Of a DNA stretch of 64,000 nucleotides, positions 27,101 through 35,772 are shown piece after piece. How positions within the stretch are numbered: position 1 is the stretch's first letter; each line of letters begins with the position of its first letter. A program made the position numbers and the translations under genes. The notes below the pieces were generated by a model, which was given only the letters and a program-made list of their open reading frames with translations, ran no database searches and was not told where the DNA came from. The stretch is from Spirochaetota bacterium (lineage in GTDB: Bacteria; Spirochaetota; UBA4802; UBA5550): assembly GCA_029564515.1 (NCBI GenBank), contig JAKQPV010000125.1:28287-92286 (forward strand), in the 5' to 3' direction.

Positions 27101-27464
27101 GCAGGCGCTCGAGACTGTCCGCATTCTGGAGGAGCGGGTCGCCGCCGCTCAGGGTAACGCCCCCGCCGGTCGTCACGTAATACTCGCTGTCACGCGATAT
27201 GACATCCATGATGTCCGCAATCGAGCAATCGCTGTCAGGCGCCATCTCCGGATTGACGGACTGCGCCTCCGGGTTCTGGCACCAGAGGCACCGCAGAGCG
27301 CACCCCTGAAAAAAAATGACGGTGCGGATGCCCGGACCGTCATGAACGCAGGTGCGCTGTATTTTTAATACTCTCAGCCTGTCTTCCGCCATCCCGGCGG
27401 TTTTTTTGAAGGACAGATCGATTTCCGGCTGTGCTGCTTGTTGTTGAACGTGAGCGGTCTCCAT
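24120..27464 (-). CDS. Single-polypeptide fusion: glycyl-radical activating enzyme (radical SAM, PflA-type) + PFL2/eliminase-type glycyl radical enzyme
   Basis: One uninterrupted frame. Activating-enzyme part: DGPGIRTVIFFQGCALRCLWCQNPE (CX3CX2C), GGGVTLSGGDP, VPGLNDSE, ELLKYHN. GRE part, from about 26620: VYPDELLVGNF, IVGCVEPN (Cys-x-Glu loop), and C-terminal LLVRVAGYCAYF (Gly codon 24192-24194). I prefer ATG 27464 (GGGAG RBS); the track start 27623 adds 53 AT-rich, non-coding-looking codons. Confidence 0.85.
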   Translation of the reverse strand: METAHVQQQAAQPEIDLSFKKTAGMAEDRLRVLKIQRTCVHDGPGIRTVIFFQGCALRCLWCQNPEAQSVNPEMAPDSDCSIADIMDVISRDSEYYVTTGGGVTLSGGDPLLQNADSLERLLKSLKERGIHVSAETSLHVPWETVSRVAPYIDLFLVDLKAAGDDLLHKKLTKQSGELIRGNIRKLLDLKAGVSFRMVMVPGLNDSEQNIRAAAAFLDSIGYRSIELLKYHNMYEDKAKRLGIEQEPLNITPEQSLESIKNAIVLFRSLGISAACFDLDASRHRAEFTKRVHDIQKAIRESGHHLCFEASRLKTEYYRKNGFGKPTPIHRSERLAHVLANKSVIVYPDELLVGNFTSKRKGGQVWEEHYGVLFTSILHQINRQTPVPFRCSWKDILHFYFRIFPFWMRRGLLGRVNKKLSDMVLMIARASEPNVGFNNNMAAIAHFIVNFERMLQLGTTGIIEEIRMMKKAKPGNNQDFYDGAIIALRALETFADRYAAHLADMAAKEQDPARKKELEEMAGICKQVPRYPARTYHEALQSMTFIHIALCIESYENAVSLGRLDQILYPYYKRDLEAGIITYEKAKELLALFILKMDEAILVNDGDTYLRIGRLFETMSTDQSVTAGGLGRDGKDATNDLTYMLLDICELQPYAVNMTARIHKDSPAEYLDRLAEVYINGAPMPALYNDEIYLETIQKHYPVTEESARNYAIVGCVEPNASDDHYGNTDCANMNVTMPLLQALKGEEHDLWNIGFREQVGKMAAKFVEYNFRYNNRFATYVRTKYADRRERKKLKRARSRYNPPASMDELLVRYQERMNVLANAILSDHQKIEKVIRTHFTTPLASSLSRGCVESGKDVNEGGAQLNSSGIQAVGITDAADSLHAIDQVVFKKRLHTLHEVIDAIDHNFEGEKHAKVRAALQAVPKFGEDDSAEAVEWVNRALQVYVDALKSVPNCPRNGIYSAGYYALNVSDVYGAKTPALPSGRLKGVPLANSVAPHYGMQMADLLSSLNSVAGVDFVDYAPNGTTVTFTIDSSLFQGPGGVRNLSGIISTYFKKGGMQFQPNVINKEILLDAYDHPENHPYLLVRVAGYCAYFNDLSDELKKIIINRTCYN

Positions 27465-27598
27465 AGATAACTCCCGGGAAATGGTATCGTCGCCCCGCAA
27501 ACCGACCCAGCGGGTACCGGCCGGCCGGACGAATCTTACTATTGGACTTATAATAGCCATAAGGGAAGGCATTGTCGTCCGGTAAGATAAATCCGGAT

Positions 27599-27639
27599 AA
27601 AAAAAAGTGCCCGCCGTGGTCAAGACGGGATTGACGGGC
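27599..27639 (-). terminator. Intrinsic-terminator-like hairpin + U8 inside the 5' leader of the GRE fusion gene
   Basis: Minus-strand RNA: GCCCGUCAAUCCCGUCUUGACCACGGCGGGCAC-UUUUUUUU. The 3' arm GGCGGG(C) can pair with either of two upstream CCCGUC copies. The G-U wobble means pairing works only on the minus-strand transcript. No minus-strand gene ends upstream of it. Confidence 0.4.
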
Positions 27640-27795
27640 CGCGCTCTTTTCTACGGTGGAGGCACCACCCCCCCCTTGTTTATCCACAAACCCGTACGGA
27701 CATGTCAGAGAGCTGTTTCAATAGCATAAAAACTTACTTGCATTTGCATACCCACGCCCCGTATTGTTGATAATACAAAAATAAGGATACCCATC

Positions 27796-30700
27796 ATGAC
27801 CCTTTCCGACATATCCATCAGAAACCCCGTATTCGCCTGGATACTGATGATCGGGCTAATTCTGTTCGGAGCCATAGGGTTCAGCCGCATGGGCATCAGC
27901 CAGATGCCGGACGTGGACTTTCCCGTTCTGACCGTATCGGTGACCTGGCAGGGCGCGTCGCCGGAGACCATGGAATACGCGATCGTCGACGTGCTCGAGG
28001 ACTCGGTCATGACCATCGAAGGGATCAAAAGCATAACCTCCGTGTCGCGCGAGGGCCAGGCCAGCCTCACGATCGAGTTCGAGCTGGAGCGCGACATAGA
28101 TGTTGCGCTCCAGGAGGTGCAGACGAAGATCTTCCAGGCCCAGCGCAACCTCCCGAGAGACATCGACACGCCCGTGGTGACCAAGTCGAACCCCGAGGAC
28201 AACCCGATCATGTTCACCACGCTGAGCGGGCCCGGCCCCCTGCGCGACAAGGTGCTGTATGTGCGGAACCACCTGAAAGACGCCATGACCACCGTCCCGG
28301 GCGTCGGCGACGTGCGCCTGGGCGGATACGTTGACCCCAACATGCGGATCTGGCTTGACGCGGAAGCGATGGCTCGCCAGGAAATCACCGTGGACGACAT
28401 CATCTCCACGATCCAGAGCCAGCATACCCTGACGCCCTCCGGCTACATCACGAGCGGCGCCCGCGAATCCAATGTGCGGGTGCTGAGCGAGGCGCGCTCG
28501 CCCGCCGAGTTCGCGGACCTGGTCATCAACCGCCGCGGCGGGCAGCCGGTGTGGAAAACCATGAGGCTTGGCGAAGTGGCGCGCATCGAGGAGGGCCTGG
28601 CCGACGTCCGTCGCATCTCCCGCTACAACGGGATCCCCGCCGTGGGCATCGGCATCATCAAGCAGCGCGGCTCCAACGCGGTCGCGGTGGCCCGCGGGGT
28701 CAAGAAACGGATCGAGCACCTCAACGCGTCGGGCACGCTCCCGAAGGGCCTGAAGATGGGCATCTCCTTCGACAGCACGAAGTTCATCGAAGACTCGACG
28801 AACGAGCTCGTGTTCACCCTGATACTCTCCGTCATCCTCACCTCGATCGTGTGCTGGCTCTTCCTGGGCTCCCTGAGCTCGGCGTTGAACGTCATACTGG
28901 CGATCCCCACGTCGCTCATGGGCTCCTTCATCATTCTCTACTTCCTGGGATTCACGCTGAATACCTTCACGCTGCTGGCCCTCTCGCTGGTCATCGGCAT
29001 CGTGGTGGACGACGCCATCATGGTCATGGAGAACATCGTCCGCCATTTCGAGAACGGCATGAGCAGGGTGAAGGCCGCGCTCGTCGGCGCGCGCGAGATC
29101 ACCCCGGCGGCGGTCGCCACCTCGCTCGCCATCCTGGCGATATTCCTCCCGGTCGTGTTCATGAAGGGAATCATCGGCAAGTTCTTCTTCCAGTTCGGCG
29201 TGGCCATCTCGGTCGCGGTCCTGCTCTCCCTGATCGAGGCGCTGACCCTGGCCCCGATGCGGTGCTCGCAGATGCTGACGCGGGGCGGCGAATCGAGGAT
29301 GGGCGCGTTGATGGACCGCGCCATGGCCTCGGTCTCCGCCGCATATCGCGGCGCCCTGGAATGGTGCCTCAAACGCCGGGCGACCGTGCTCGGCGTCTCC
29401 TTCGCGTTGTTCGTTCTCTCCATCTTCCTGACGGCGGGAATCACGAAGGAATTCGTGCCGGTCCAGGACCAGGGCATATTCATGATTACCATACGCACGC
29501 CCCTCGGTTCCTCCATGGAATACACGGACGGCGTCTTTCAAAAAATAGAGAAGCTGGCATCATCACGGCCGGAGGTCATAAAATACTTCGGCAATATCGG
29601 AGGGTTCGGCGGCGGCCAGGTCAACCAGGGCACCATGTTCGTAACGCTCAAGGACTACCGGGAGCGGCCGGTCGCGGCGCCGTTCAAGCGCCGGCCGAAA
29701 CAGCAGGAAATCATGGGCTACATGCGTGAACAGATAAAGAAAATCCCGGGGATCGAGAACGTCTCGCTCATGGACCCCTCCCAGGCCGGCTTCGCGGCAA
29801 AGCGTGGGTTCCCCATCCAGTTTTCAGTGCAGGGGCCCGACTGGGACAGGCTCGCCGCGTACAGCGGCACGATGATGGACAGGCTGAACAAATCCGGCCT
29901 GGCGACCGATGTGGACACCGACTACCTGGTGGGCATGCCCGAGATCAGGGTGTCGCCCGACCGGGCGCGGGCAGCGGCCCGTGGCGTGGCCGTGGCCACC
30001 ATCGCCGACACCATCAGCGCCTCGGTCGGGAGCCTGCGCGTGGGCCGGTATACCGATCCCTCGGGCCGGCGCGATGATGTGCGCGTCAAGCTCCTCGACC
30101 GCTACAACCGCGCGGCAAACGACATCAGCCGCATCAGGGTCCGGAACATGCACGGCGAAATGGTACCGCTCTCGAGCGTCGTCAGCCTTGCCGAAAAGCC
30201 CTCATACCTCACGATCAACCGCTACAACCGGGAGCGGGCCATCAACATCTCGGCCAATATCGGTCCGGGCAAATCCCAGTCCGATATCCTGGATTTTATC
30301 GAGGCCACGGCGGCGAAGGTGCTTCCCGCCGGATACCATGTCGAGTTCTCCGGGAGCTCGCAGACCTTCAAGGAATCGTTCGAGAGCCTGGTCTTCGCCC
30401 TCATCCTCGGCATCGTGGTGGCCTACATGATACTGGGCTCCCAGTACAACAGCTTCCTCCACCCGATCATCATCCTGCTGGCGCTCCCCTTCAGCGCGAC
30501 CGGAGCGTTCCTCTTCATGCGGATGACAGGCACCTCGCTGAACATCTACAGCATGATCGGGCTCCTGCTGCTCATGGGCATAGTGAAGAAAAACTCGATC
30601 ATGATGGTCGACTTCACGAACCAGCGACGGCGCGGGGGCATGGGGGTGCACGAGGCGCTTCTCGACGCCTGCCCGGTCAGGCTCCGGCCCATCCTGATGA

Positions 30701-30939
30701 CCTCGCTGGCAACGATCGCGGCCGCCATACCGCCGGCGATGTCGCTCGGACCGGGCTCCGAGACCACGCGCTCCATGGGCATCGTGGTCATCGGCGGCGT
30801 GTTCCTATCCACGATCCTCACGCTCTTCGTGGTCCCCTGCGCCTACAGCCTGATGAGCAGGCTGGAGAGCACGCGTCACGCCAGGGAGCTCAAGGAAGCG
30901 CTGTTGTCCCTGGGCGAAGATAAGAAAAAGAAGATTTGA
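27796..30939 (+). CDS. RND (AcrB/HAE1-like) efflux transporter permease
   Basis: 1047 aa with the N-terminus MTLSDISIRNPVFAWILMIGLILFGAIGF and a 12-TM two-fold repeat architecture. No periplasmic adaptor gene is adjacent. Confidence 0.9.
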   Translation: MTLSDISIRNPVFAWILMIGLILFGAIGFSRMGISQMPDVDFPVLTVSVTWQGASPETMEYAIVDVLEDSVMTIEGIKSITSVSREGQASLTIEFELERDIDVALQEVQTKIFQAQRNLPRDIDTPVVTKSNPEDNPIMFTTLSGPGPLRDKVLYVRNHLKDAMTTVPGVGDVRLGGYVDPNMRIWLDAEAMARQEITVDDIISTIQSQHTLTPSGYITSGARESNVRVLSEARSPAEFADLVINRRGGQPVWKTMRLGEVARIEEGLADVRRISRYNGIPAVGIGIIKQRGSNAVAVARGVKKRIEHLNASGTLPKGLKMGISFDSTKFIEDSTNELVFTLILSVILTSIVCWLFLGSLSSALNVILAIPTSLMGSFIILYFLGFTLNTFTLLALSLVIGIVVDDAIMVMENIVRHFENGMSRVKAALVGAREITPAAVATSLAILAIFLPVVFMKGIIGKFFFQFGVAISVAVLLSLIEALTLAPMRCSQMLTRGGESRMGALMDRAMASVSAAYRGALEWCLKRRATVLGVSFALFVLSIFLTAGITKEFVPVQDQGIFMITIRTPLGSSMEYTDGVFQKIEKLASSRPEVIKYFGNIGGFGGGQVNQGTMFVTLKDYRERPVAAPFKRRPKQQEIMGYMREQIKKIPGIENVSLMDPSQAGFAAKRGFPIQFSVQGPDWDRLAAYSGTMMDRLNKSGLATDVDTDYLVGMPEIRVSPDRARAAARGVAVATIADTISASVGSLRVGRYTDPSGRRDDVRVKLLDRYNRAANDISRIRVRNMHGEMVPLSSVVSLAEKPSYLTINRYNRERAINISANIGPGKSQSDILDFIEATAAKVLPAGYHVEFSGSSQTFKESFESLVFALILGIVVAYMILGSQYNSFLHPIIILLALPFSATGAFLFMRMTGTSLNIYSMIGLLLLMGIVKKNSIMMVDFTNQRRRGGMGVHEALLDACPVRLRPILMTSLATIAAAIPPAMSLGPGSETTRSMGIVVIGGVFLSTILTLFVVPCAYSLMSRLESTRHARELKEALLSLGEDKKKKI

Positions 30940-30995
30940 CCTCCCGATCCGGGCCGGGTCAATAATCTATAAAATTCATATTTTCAAAATACCAT

Positions 30996-31028
30996 CTTTA
31001 TAATTTCTTTATATTTTCTTTATAATAA
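30996..31028 (+). promoter_or_regulatory. Three phased 11-bp direct repeats CTTTATAAttt / CTTTATAtttt / CTTTATAAtaa upstream of pit (Pho-box-like geometry)
   Basis: Read directly, 70-100 nt upstream of the pit ATG. An 11-bp period of direct repeats is the known PhoB-box arrangement, but this organism's consensus is unknown to me. Confidence 0.4.
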
Positions 31029-31097
31029 TATTGTTGTTATACTTCTTATATCCAGCATGCTTAACAGTTAATCCCTTATCAAAAACAGGATTTATCA

Positions 31098-32087
31098 ATG
31101 GATTTTTATGTCATTTTCCTCATCTTTCTCGCGCTCGCGTTTGACTTTATCAACGGGTTTCACGACTCCGCCAATTCAATAGCAACCATCGTATCCACGA
31201 GGGTTCTTTCGCCCCGCTACGCGGTCATCTGGGCGGCATTTTTCAACTTCGTCGCGTTCCTGTTCTTCGGACTTCACGTGGCCGGCACCATCGGAAAGGG
31301 AATCATAGACATATCGATCATGGACAGCCAGATCATACTCGCCACCCTGTCCGGCGCGATAATCTGGGACCTGATCACATGGTGGTTCGGCCTGCCCACG
31401 AGCTCCTCCCACGCCCTCATGGGCGGGTTGATCGGCTCGGCCATCGTAAAAGCGGGAAGCGAATCCCTTATCTGGTCCGGAATAATAAAAACCGTGGTTT
31501 TCATCTTCGTATCGCCCCTGCTGGGACTTTTCCTGGGACTGGTGATCGGCGTTATCGTGTACAACGTGTTCAGGAGGTCGGCCCCCGGCCAGATCGACCA
31601 TGTTTTCCGCAAGGGCCAGCTCCTGTCTGCCGCGCTCTACAGCCTTGGCCATGGCGGCAACGACGCGCAGAAAACCATGGGCATCATCGCCGGGCTCCTG
31701 TTCAGCTCAGGCTTCCTGACAGGAGAGTTTCACATCCCCCTCTGGGTCGTGCTTTCCTGTCACGGCGCCATAGCGATGGGAACAATGTTCGGCGGCTGGC
31801 GTATCGTCAAGACCATGGGGCAGAAAATTGCGAAGCTGAAACCGGTAGACGGTTTCTGCGCCGAAACGAGCGCCGCCACCACCCTGTTCATAGCATCTTT
31901 TTTTGGCATACCGGTGAGCACGACCCACACGATAACCGGCGCGATCATGGGTGTCGGGTCCCTGCGCAGGCTCACGGCTGTCAAGTGGGGTGTCGCCGGC
32001 AATATCTTATGGGCCTGGGTGCTGACCATACCCGCTTCGGCAATCATAGCGGCGCTTGTTTACTTCATCGCGGACATGGTGGCATAA
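31098..32087 (+). CDS. pit: PiT-family inorganic phosphate (or sulfate) transporter
   Basis: N-terminal FDFINGFHDSANSIAT signature and the second repeat HGGNDAQKTMG. Confidence 0.85.
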   Translation: MDFYVIFLIFLALAFDFINGFHDSANSIATIVSTRVLSPRYAVIWAAFFNFVAFLFFGLHVAGTIGKGIIDISIMDSQIILATLSGAIIWDLITWWFGLPTSSSHALMGGLIGSAIVKAGSESLIWSGIIKTVVFIFVSPLLGLFLGLVIGVIVYNVFRRSAPGQIDHVFRKGQLLSAALYSLGHGGNDAQKTMGIIAGLLFSSGFLTGEFHIPLWVVLSCHGAIAMGTMFGGWRIVKTMGQKIAKLKPVDGFCAETSAATTLFIASFFGIPVSTTHTITGAIMGVGSLRRLTAVKWGVAGNILWAWVLTIPASAIIAALVYFIADMVA

Positions 32088-32249
32088 CATGTATTGCGTA
32101 TGCCGAGAAAACATCCCTAATTAACAAATTTTTTATATTTTCTTAACATTTAATGAGAACATTCAAACCAGGGCCGATATGCCGACGCCCTGCCGTGTCC
32201 ACGGCGCACCGAGGCGGGGACAGTTTGGAAGGGGAACCGGAACACCGTC

Positions 32250-33164
32250 ATGCCAACAAACAGTAGTGCAAACATGCGGGTGACAAGGAAGAGCATCATC
32301 TTTGAAACTATCGTGGAGAGGCTTTTCCTGGTCATCGGCATGTTATGCCTGTTCCTGCTGATGCTGATATCGGTCTTTCTTTTCACCGAGGGCCTGCCGA
32401 TCCTGAAAAACGTGAGCCCCGGCGAGTTCCTCGGCGGCACGCAGTGGTACCCCACGAGCGGCAATCCCCGGTTCGGCGTCCTGCCGCTCATCATGGCCTC
32501 GATCGCGGTGACGCTCCTGGCTTCCCTCATCGCCGTGCCGCTCTCCCTGGCGATTGCCGTGTACCTGGCCGAGCTTGCCGCGCCGCGCGTGCGCGAAATC
32601 GTGAAGCCGGTCGTCGAGATAATAGCGTCAATCCCGTCGGTCATAATCGGGTTCTTCGGCATGGTGGTCGTGGCCCCGTTTCTCCAGGCGAAGTTCGGGC
32701 TCGATACGGGGCTCAACCTCTTCAACGCGGCGCTCATGCTGGCCTTCATGGCCGTGCCCACGATCGCCAGCATCTCCGAGGATGCAATATCCTCCGTGCC
32801 GGTGTCGCTCAAGGAGGGATCGTTCGCCCTGGGAGCGAACCGGTGGCAGACCATATTTTACATCACCATACCGGCGTCGCTTTCGGGCATCTGGACCGCG
32901 GTGATCCTGGGGATATCGCGGGTCATCGGCGAGACCATGGTCGTGCTCATGGTGGCGGGCGGCGCGGCGATCATACCGAAATCGATATTCGATCCGGTCC
33001 GTCCCCTCACTTCGAACATAGCGGCCGAGATGGCCGAGGCGGCGGTTGGCGGCGACCACTACCACGCCCTGTTCGCCATCGGCATCATCCTGTTCCTCAT
33101 CACCTTCGCGTTCAACCTGGTGGCGGATTATCTGTCAAACAGGTACAAGTTCAAGGGGAGCTGA
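32250..33164 (+). CDS. pstC: Phosphate ABC transporter permease PstC
   Basis: Typical PstC N-terminus and the EAA-like loop ISEDAISSVPVSLKEGSFALGANRWQT. Confidence 0.9.
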   Translation: MPTNSSANMRVTRKSIIFETIVERLFLVIGMLCLFLLMLISVFLFTEGLPILKNVSPGEFLGGTQWYPTSGNPRFGVLPLIMASIAVTLLASLIAVPLSLAIAVYLAELAAPRVREIVKPVVEIIASIPSVIIGFFGMVVVAPFLQAKFGLDTGLNLFNAALMLAFMAVPTIASISEDAISSVPVSLKEGSFALGANRWQTIFYITIPASLSGIWTAVILGISRVIGETMVVLMVAGGAAIIPKSIFDPVRPLTSNIAAEMAEAAVGGDHYHALFAIGIILFLITFAFNLVADYLSNRYKFKGS

Positions 33165-33165
33165 C

Positions 33166-34032
33166 ATGCTGTCCCGGCGGATAAAATCGGAGGCGGTCGA
33201 GACCGCGATGTTTGCGACGATACGCGTATTGTCCTTCGCGGTGCTGGCCTTCCTCGTCTTCATTCTCGGCTTTATCATAAGCAGGGGCTACTCCGCACTT
33301 TCGTGGGAATTCATCTCCGGAATGCCCCGCGACGAGATGACCGCAGGCGGCATCTTCCCCGCACTGCTGGGGACCTTCTACCTGATGATCGGGTCCGCCC
33401 TGGTGTCCATACCGATCGGCATCATAACCGCCATCTACCTGACCGAGTACTCGCGCCGGCCCGCGCTGGTAAAGCTGATACGCCTGGGAGTGAGCAACCT
33501 GGCCGGGGTACCCTCTGTTGTATTCGGCCTGTTCGGCCTTGCCCTGTTCGTGGTATTTCTCGATTTCGGGACTTCCATACTCGCAGGCTCTCTCACGCTG
33601 GGCATCCTCAACCTGCCGGTGATCATCCGCTCCACGGAGGAGGCGCTTATGACCGTGCCGGGCACCTACCGCGAGGCGTCGCTCTCCCTGGGCGCGACGC
33701 GGCTCCAGACCATATTCAGGATCGTGCTCCCCAACGCCATGCCCGGCATCCTCACCGGCGTGATGCTCTCGCTGGGGCGCGCGGCGGGCGAGACCGCGCC
33801 CATCATGTTCACTGCCGCTTCCTACTACGCGCCCGAGCTCCCGGCCTCGATCTTCGACCAGGTGATGGCCCTGCCCTACCACATCTATGTCATGGCGACG
33901 GCCGGCACGCACATTACCGAGACGCGCCCCATCCAGTACGGCACTGCCATCATACTGATCCTGCTGGTGCTCGCGCTCAATTCGATCGGACTAGTCCTGC
34001 GTTACCGCTTCAGGAAGCGCATGAAGGGCTGA
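33166..34032 (+). CDS. pstA: Phosphate ABC transporter permease PstA
   Basis: ATG 33166 lies 1 nt after the pstC stop. Loop: IRSTEEALMTVPGTYREASLSLGATRLQT. The track ORF start 33046 is an out-of-context extension overlapping pstC. Confidence 0.9.
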   Translation: MLSRRIKSEAVETAMFATIRVLSFAVLAFLVFILGFIISRGYSALSWEFISGMPRDEMTAGGIFPALLGTFYLMIGSALVSIPIGIITAIYLTEYSRRPALVKLIRLGVSNLAGVPSVVFGLFGLALFVVFLDFGTSILAGSLTLGILNLPVIIRSTEEALMTVPGTYREASLSLGATRLQTIFRIVLPNAMPGILTGVMLSLGRAAGETAPIMFTAASYYAPELPASIFDQVMALPYHIYVMATAGTHITETRPIQYGTAIILILLVLALNSIGLVLRYRFRKRMKG

Positions 34033-34058
34033 GTTAATCAGTTGCATGCTGGCCCCCG

Positions 34059-35630
34059 TTAGTTGTTCAATACCCCTATCTTTCCGCTCAGCCGGCCGGC
34101 GAGGCCGGTGATATTCCGCGACATTTCCGCCAGATCTCCCGCGCCGGATGCGAATGACTGGGTCAGCTGGTTGATATTGCTGATGGAATTCGCTATCTCG
34201 CTGGCTGCGATCTTCTGTTCTCCGGACGAAAGCTTGATCTCCTCGGACCTGCGCTGGACAATTTGAGCCTGCTCGTTGACGGTCCGGTTGAGGTCGAGCT
34301 GGTTCCTCATCTCCGCACTGATTCGGGCCATGCCCTCGGTGATAATGGCTATGTTCTTGATGGTCATCCGCATCACTTTGACGGTCTCGGTAACGCTGCG
34401 GACGCCCTTGGCCACCTCCTGCTCCGTCGCGTTGATCAGTTTGGCAATTTCCTTCAGGCTATCGCTGGTTTGCTCGGCAAGTTTGCCAATCTCATCTGCG
34501 ACAACGGCGAACCCCCTTCCGTGCTCCCCTGCACGGGCCGCCTCAATTGCCGCGTTCAGGGAAAGGAGGCTTATCTGATCCGATATCTGGTTGATAACGT
34601 CAACGACTGTGTTCATCTGGCTCGAACTCGATCCGATCGCGGCCATTGTCGTGTTCATGTCGTCCAGTATCGTCTCGCCAGCAGCGGACTGGCTTGACGT
34701 GGTTTCGGAAACGCGTGCCGTCTCCTCAATCACCTGTTTCATGCCGTTGATCGATTCCGAAAGGAGACGCATCTTCTCTATCAAGGTATCGAGCGCTTCG
34801 AACTGCTCCTCCGCGTTTTTCGCGACAAGCTCCATGCTCGTCGAGACCTCCTCCACGGACGCGGTGATCTCCTCGACCACTGCAGCCTGACCCTGGGCGC
34901 TTTCGGAATACTTCTCCGAGGTGCTCTCCATGCTGGTGGATGATTTCGAAAGCACCGTTGACGATTCCCTGATGGACTCCATCAGGCCGACGATACTGGC
35001 ATATTGCTCCTGTATTTTTACCGCCTTTTCCTGCTCGTCCGCCAGCGCGTTCTGATTCGACCTTAGTATCACCATGGCCATGCCGTAGGTGAGCAGGATG
35101 CCGGCCATGCTGTCGATAAAGCCGGTTTTAAGGACGAACGGGTCGACCGCGCCGAATGAGCCGGCATAAAAGAAGAATCCGATGTCCGCAATAACGAAGA
35201 TGGCGGTAAGCACCGAGGTCCAGAGGCGGGTGCAGAACATGGATGAAAAAATGATCGCGCCGGGGATCATGTGCACCAGCGATGAATAGCCGACAGCGGG
35301 ATTGGCCATAAACTGTATGCCCGTCCCCATCATCAGCGTTACGGCCGCGGCCAGGGAATTCATGTTCGCAGAGGCGTTGTAGACCCCCCGGTTCAGCAAG
35401 ACCAGGCTGATGAATATGCCCGACCCCATGGTCACCGCCATAGGGAGGGATGTGCCGGCACCGCCCCTGAGTATCGTTGAAAGAGTGAGAATAAGGGCAA
35501 CGACTCCAAAGATTACAATATTGATGATGAACAGAAGCCGGGCTTTGGCCCGCCGGCTTTTTGATTCCTGCGCAAACCTTGCTAGAAAAGCGTCAATAAC
35601 ACCCGATCCTGACATGACATACACTCCCAC
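34059..35630 (-). CDS. Methyl-accepting chemotaxis protein with polytopic membrane N-terminus
   Basis: Highly conserved MCP signalling hairpin [40 protein letters not shown]. The N-terminal roughly 190 aa contain about 6 TM segments. Confidence 0.85.
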   Translation of the reverse strand: MGVYVMSGSGVIDAFLARFAQESKSRRAKARLLFIINIVIFGVVALILTLSTILRGGAGTSLPMAVTMGSGIFISLVLLNRGVYNASANMNSLAAAVTLMMGTGIQFMANPAVGYSSLVHMIPGAIIFSSMFCTRLWTSVLTAIFVIADIGFFFYAGSFGAVDPFVLKTGFIDSMAGILLTYGMAMVILRSNQNALADEQEKAVKIQEQYASIVGLMESIRESSTVLSKSSTSMESTSEKYSESAQGQAAVVEEITASVEEVSTSMELVAKNAEEQFEALDTLIEKMRLLSESINGMKQVIEETARVSETTSSQSAAGETILDDMNTTMAAIGSSSSQMNTVVDVINQISDQISLLSLNAAIEAARAGEHGRGFAVVADEIGKLAEQTSDSLKEIAKLINATEQEVAKGVRSVTETVKVMRMTIKNIAIITEGMARISAEMRNQLDLNRTVNEQAQIVQRRSEEIKLSSGEQKIAASEIANSISNINQLTQSFASGAGDLAEMSRNITGLAGRLSGKIGVLNN

Positions 35631-35772
35631 CTCAAATGCTTAGTATGCCAGCCAGAATACTAATGGTCCGGTCCCACGTCCAGTTATAATTACACGGATG
35701 CCCGGAGCTCAATAAAAAATATTGGCGTATGGCAGGAGACTCGTCCCAGGGCGCGGGATTGAAGGCCGTGTA

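Noticed and set aside
23937-27368. 1143-aa ORF on the plus strand, the longest ORF after the GRE itself.
   Set aside because: It is entirely antisense to the GRE fusion gene. It is extremely R/H/V/G/D/P-rich with no motifs, which is the typical shadow ORF of a GC-rich coding region.
27465-27623. 53-codon N-terminal extension of the GRE fusion ORF (track start 27623).
   Set aside because: The codons are AT-rich and atypical (TTA, ATA, AGT, AGA) and include the hairpin + T8 run. A GGGAG RBS precedes ATG 27464. It is treated as leader RNA, and the overlapping ORF 27340..27687 is likewise rejected.
27680-27688. Perfect DnaA box TTATCCACA here, and a second one at 41341-41349.
   Set aside because: These are two isolated 9-mers 14 kb apart, with no cluster, no AT-rich unwinding element and no dnaA/dnaN context. 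Two such 9-mers in 64 kb are not statistically compelling.
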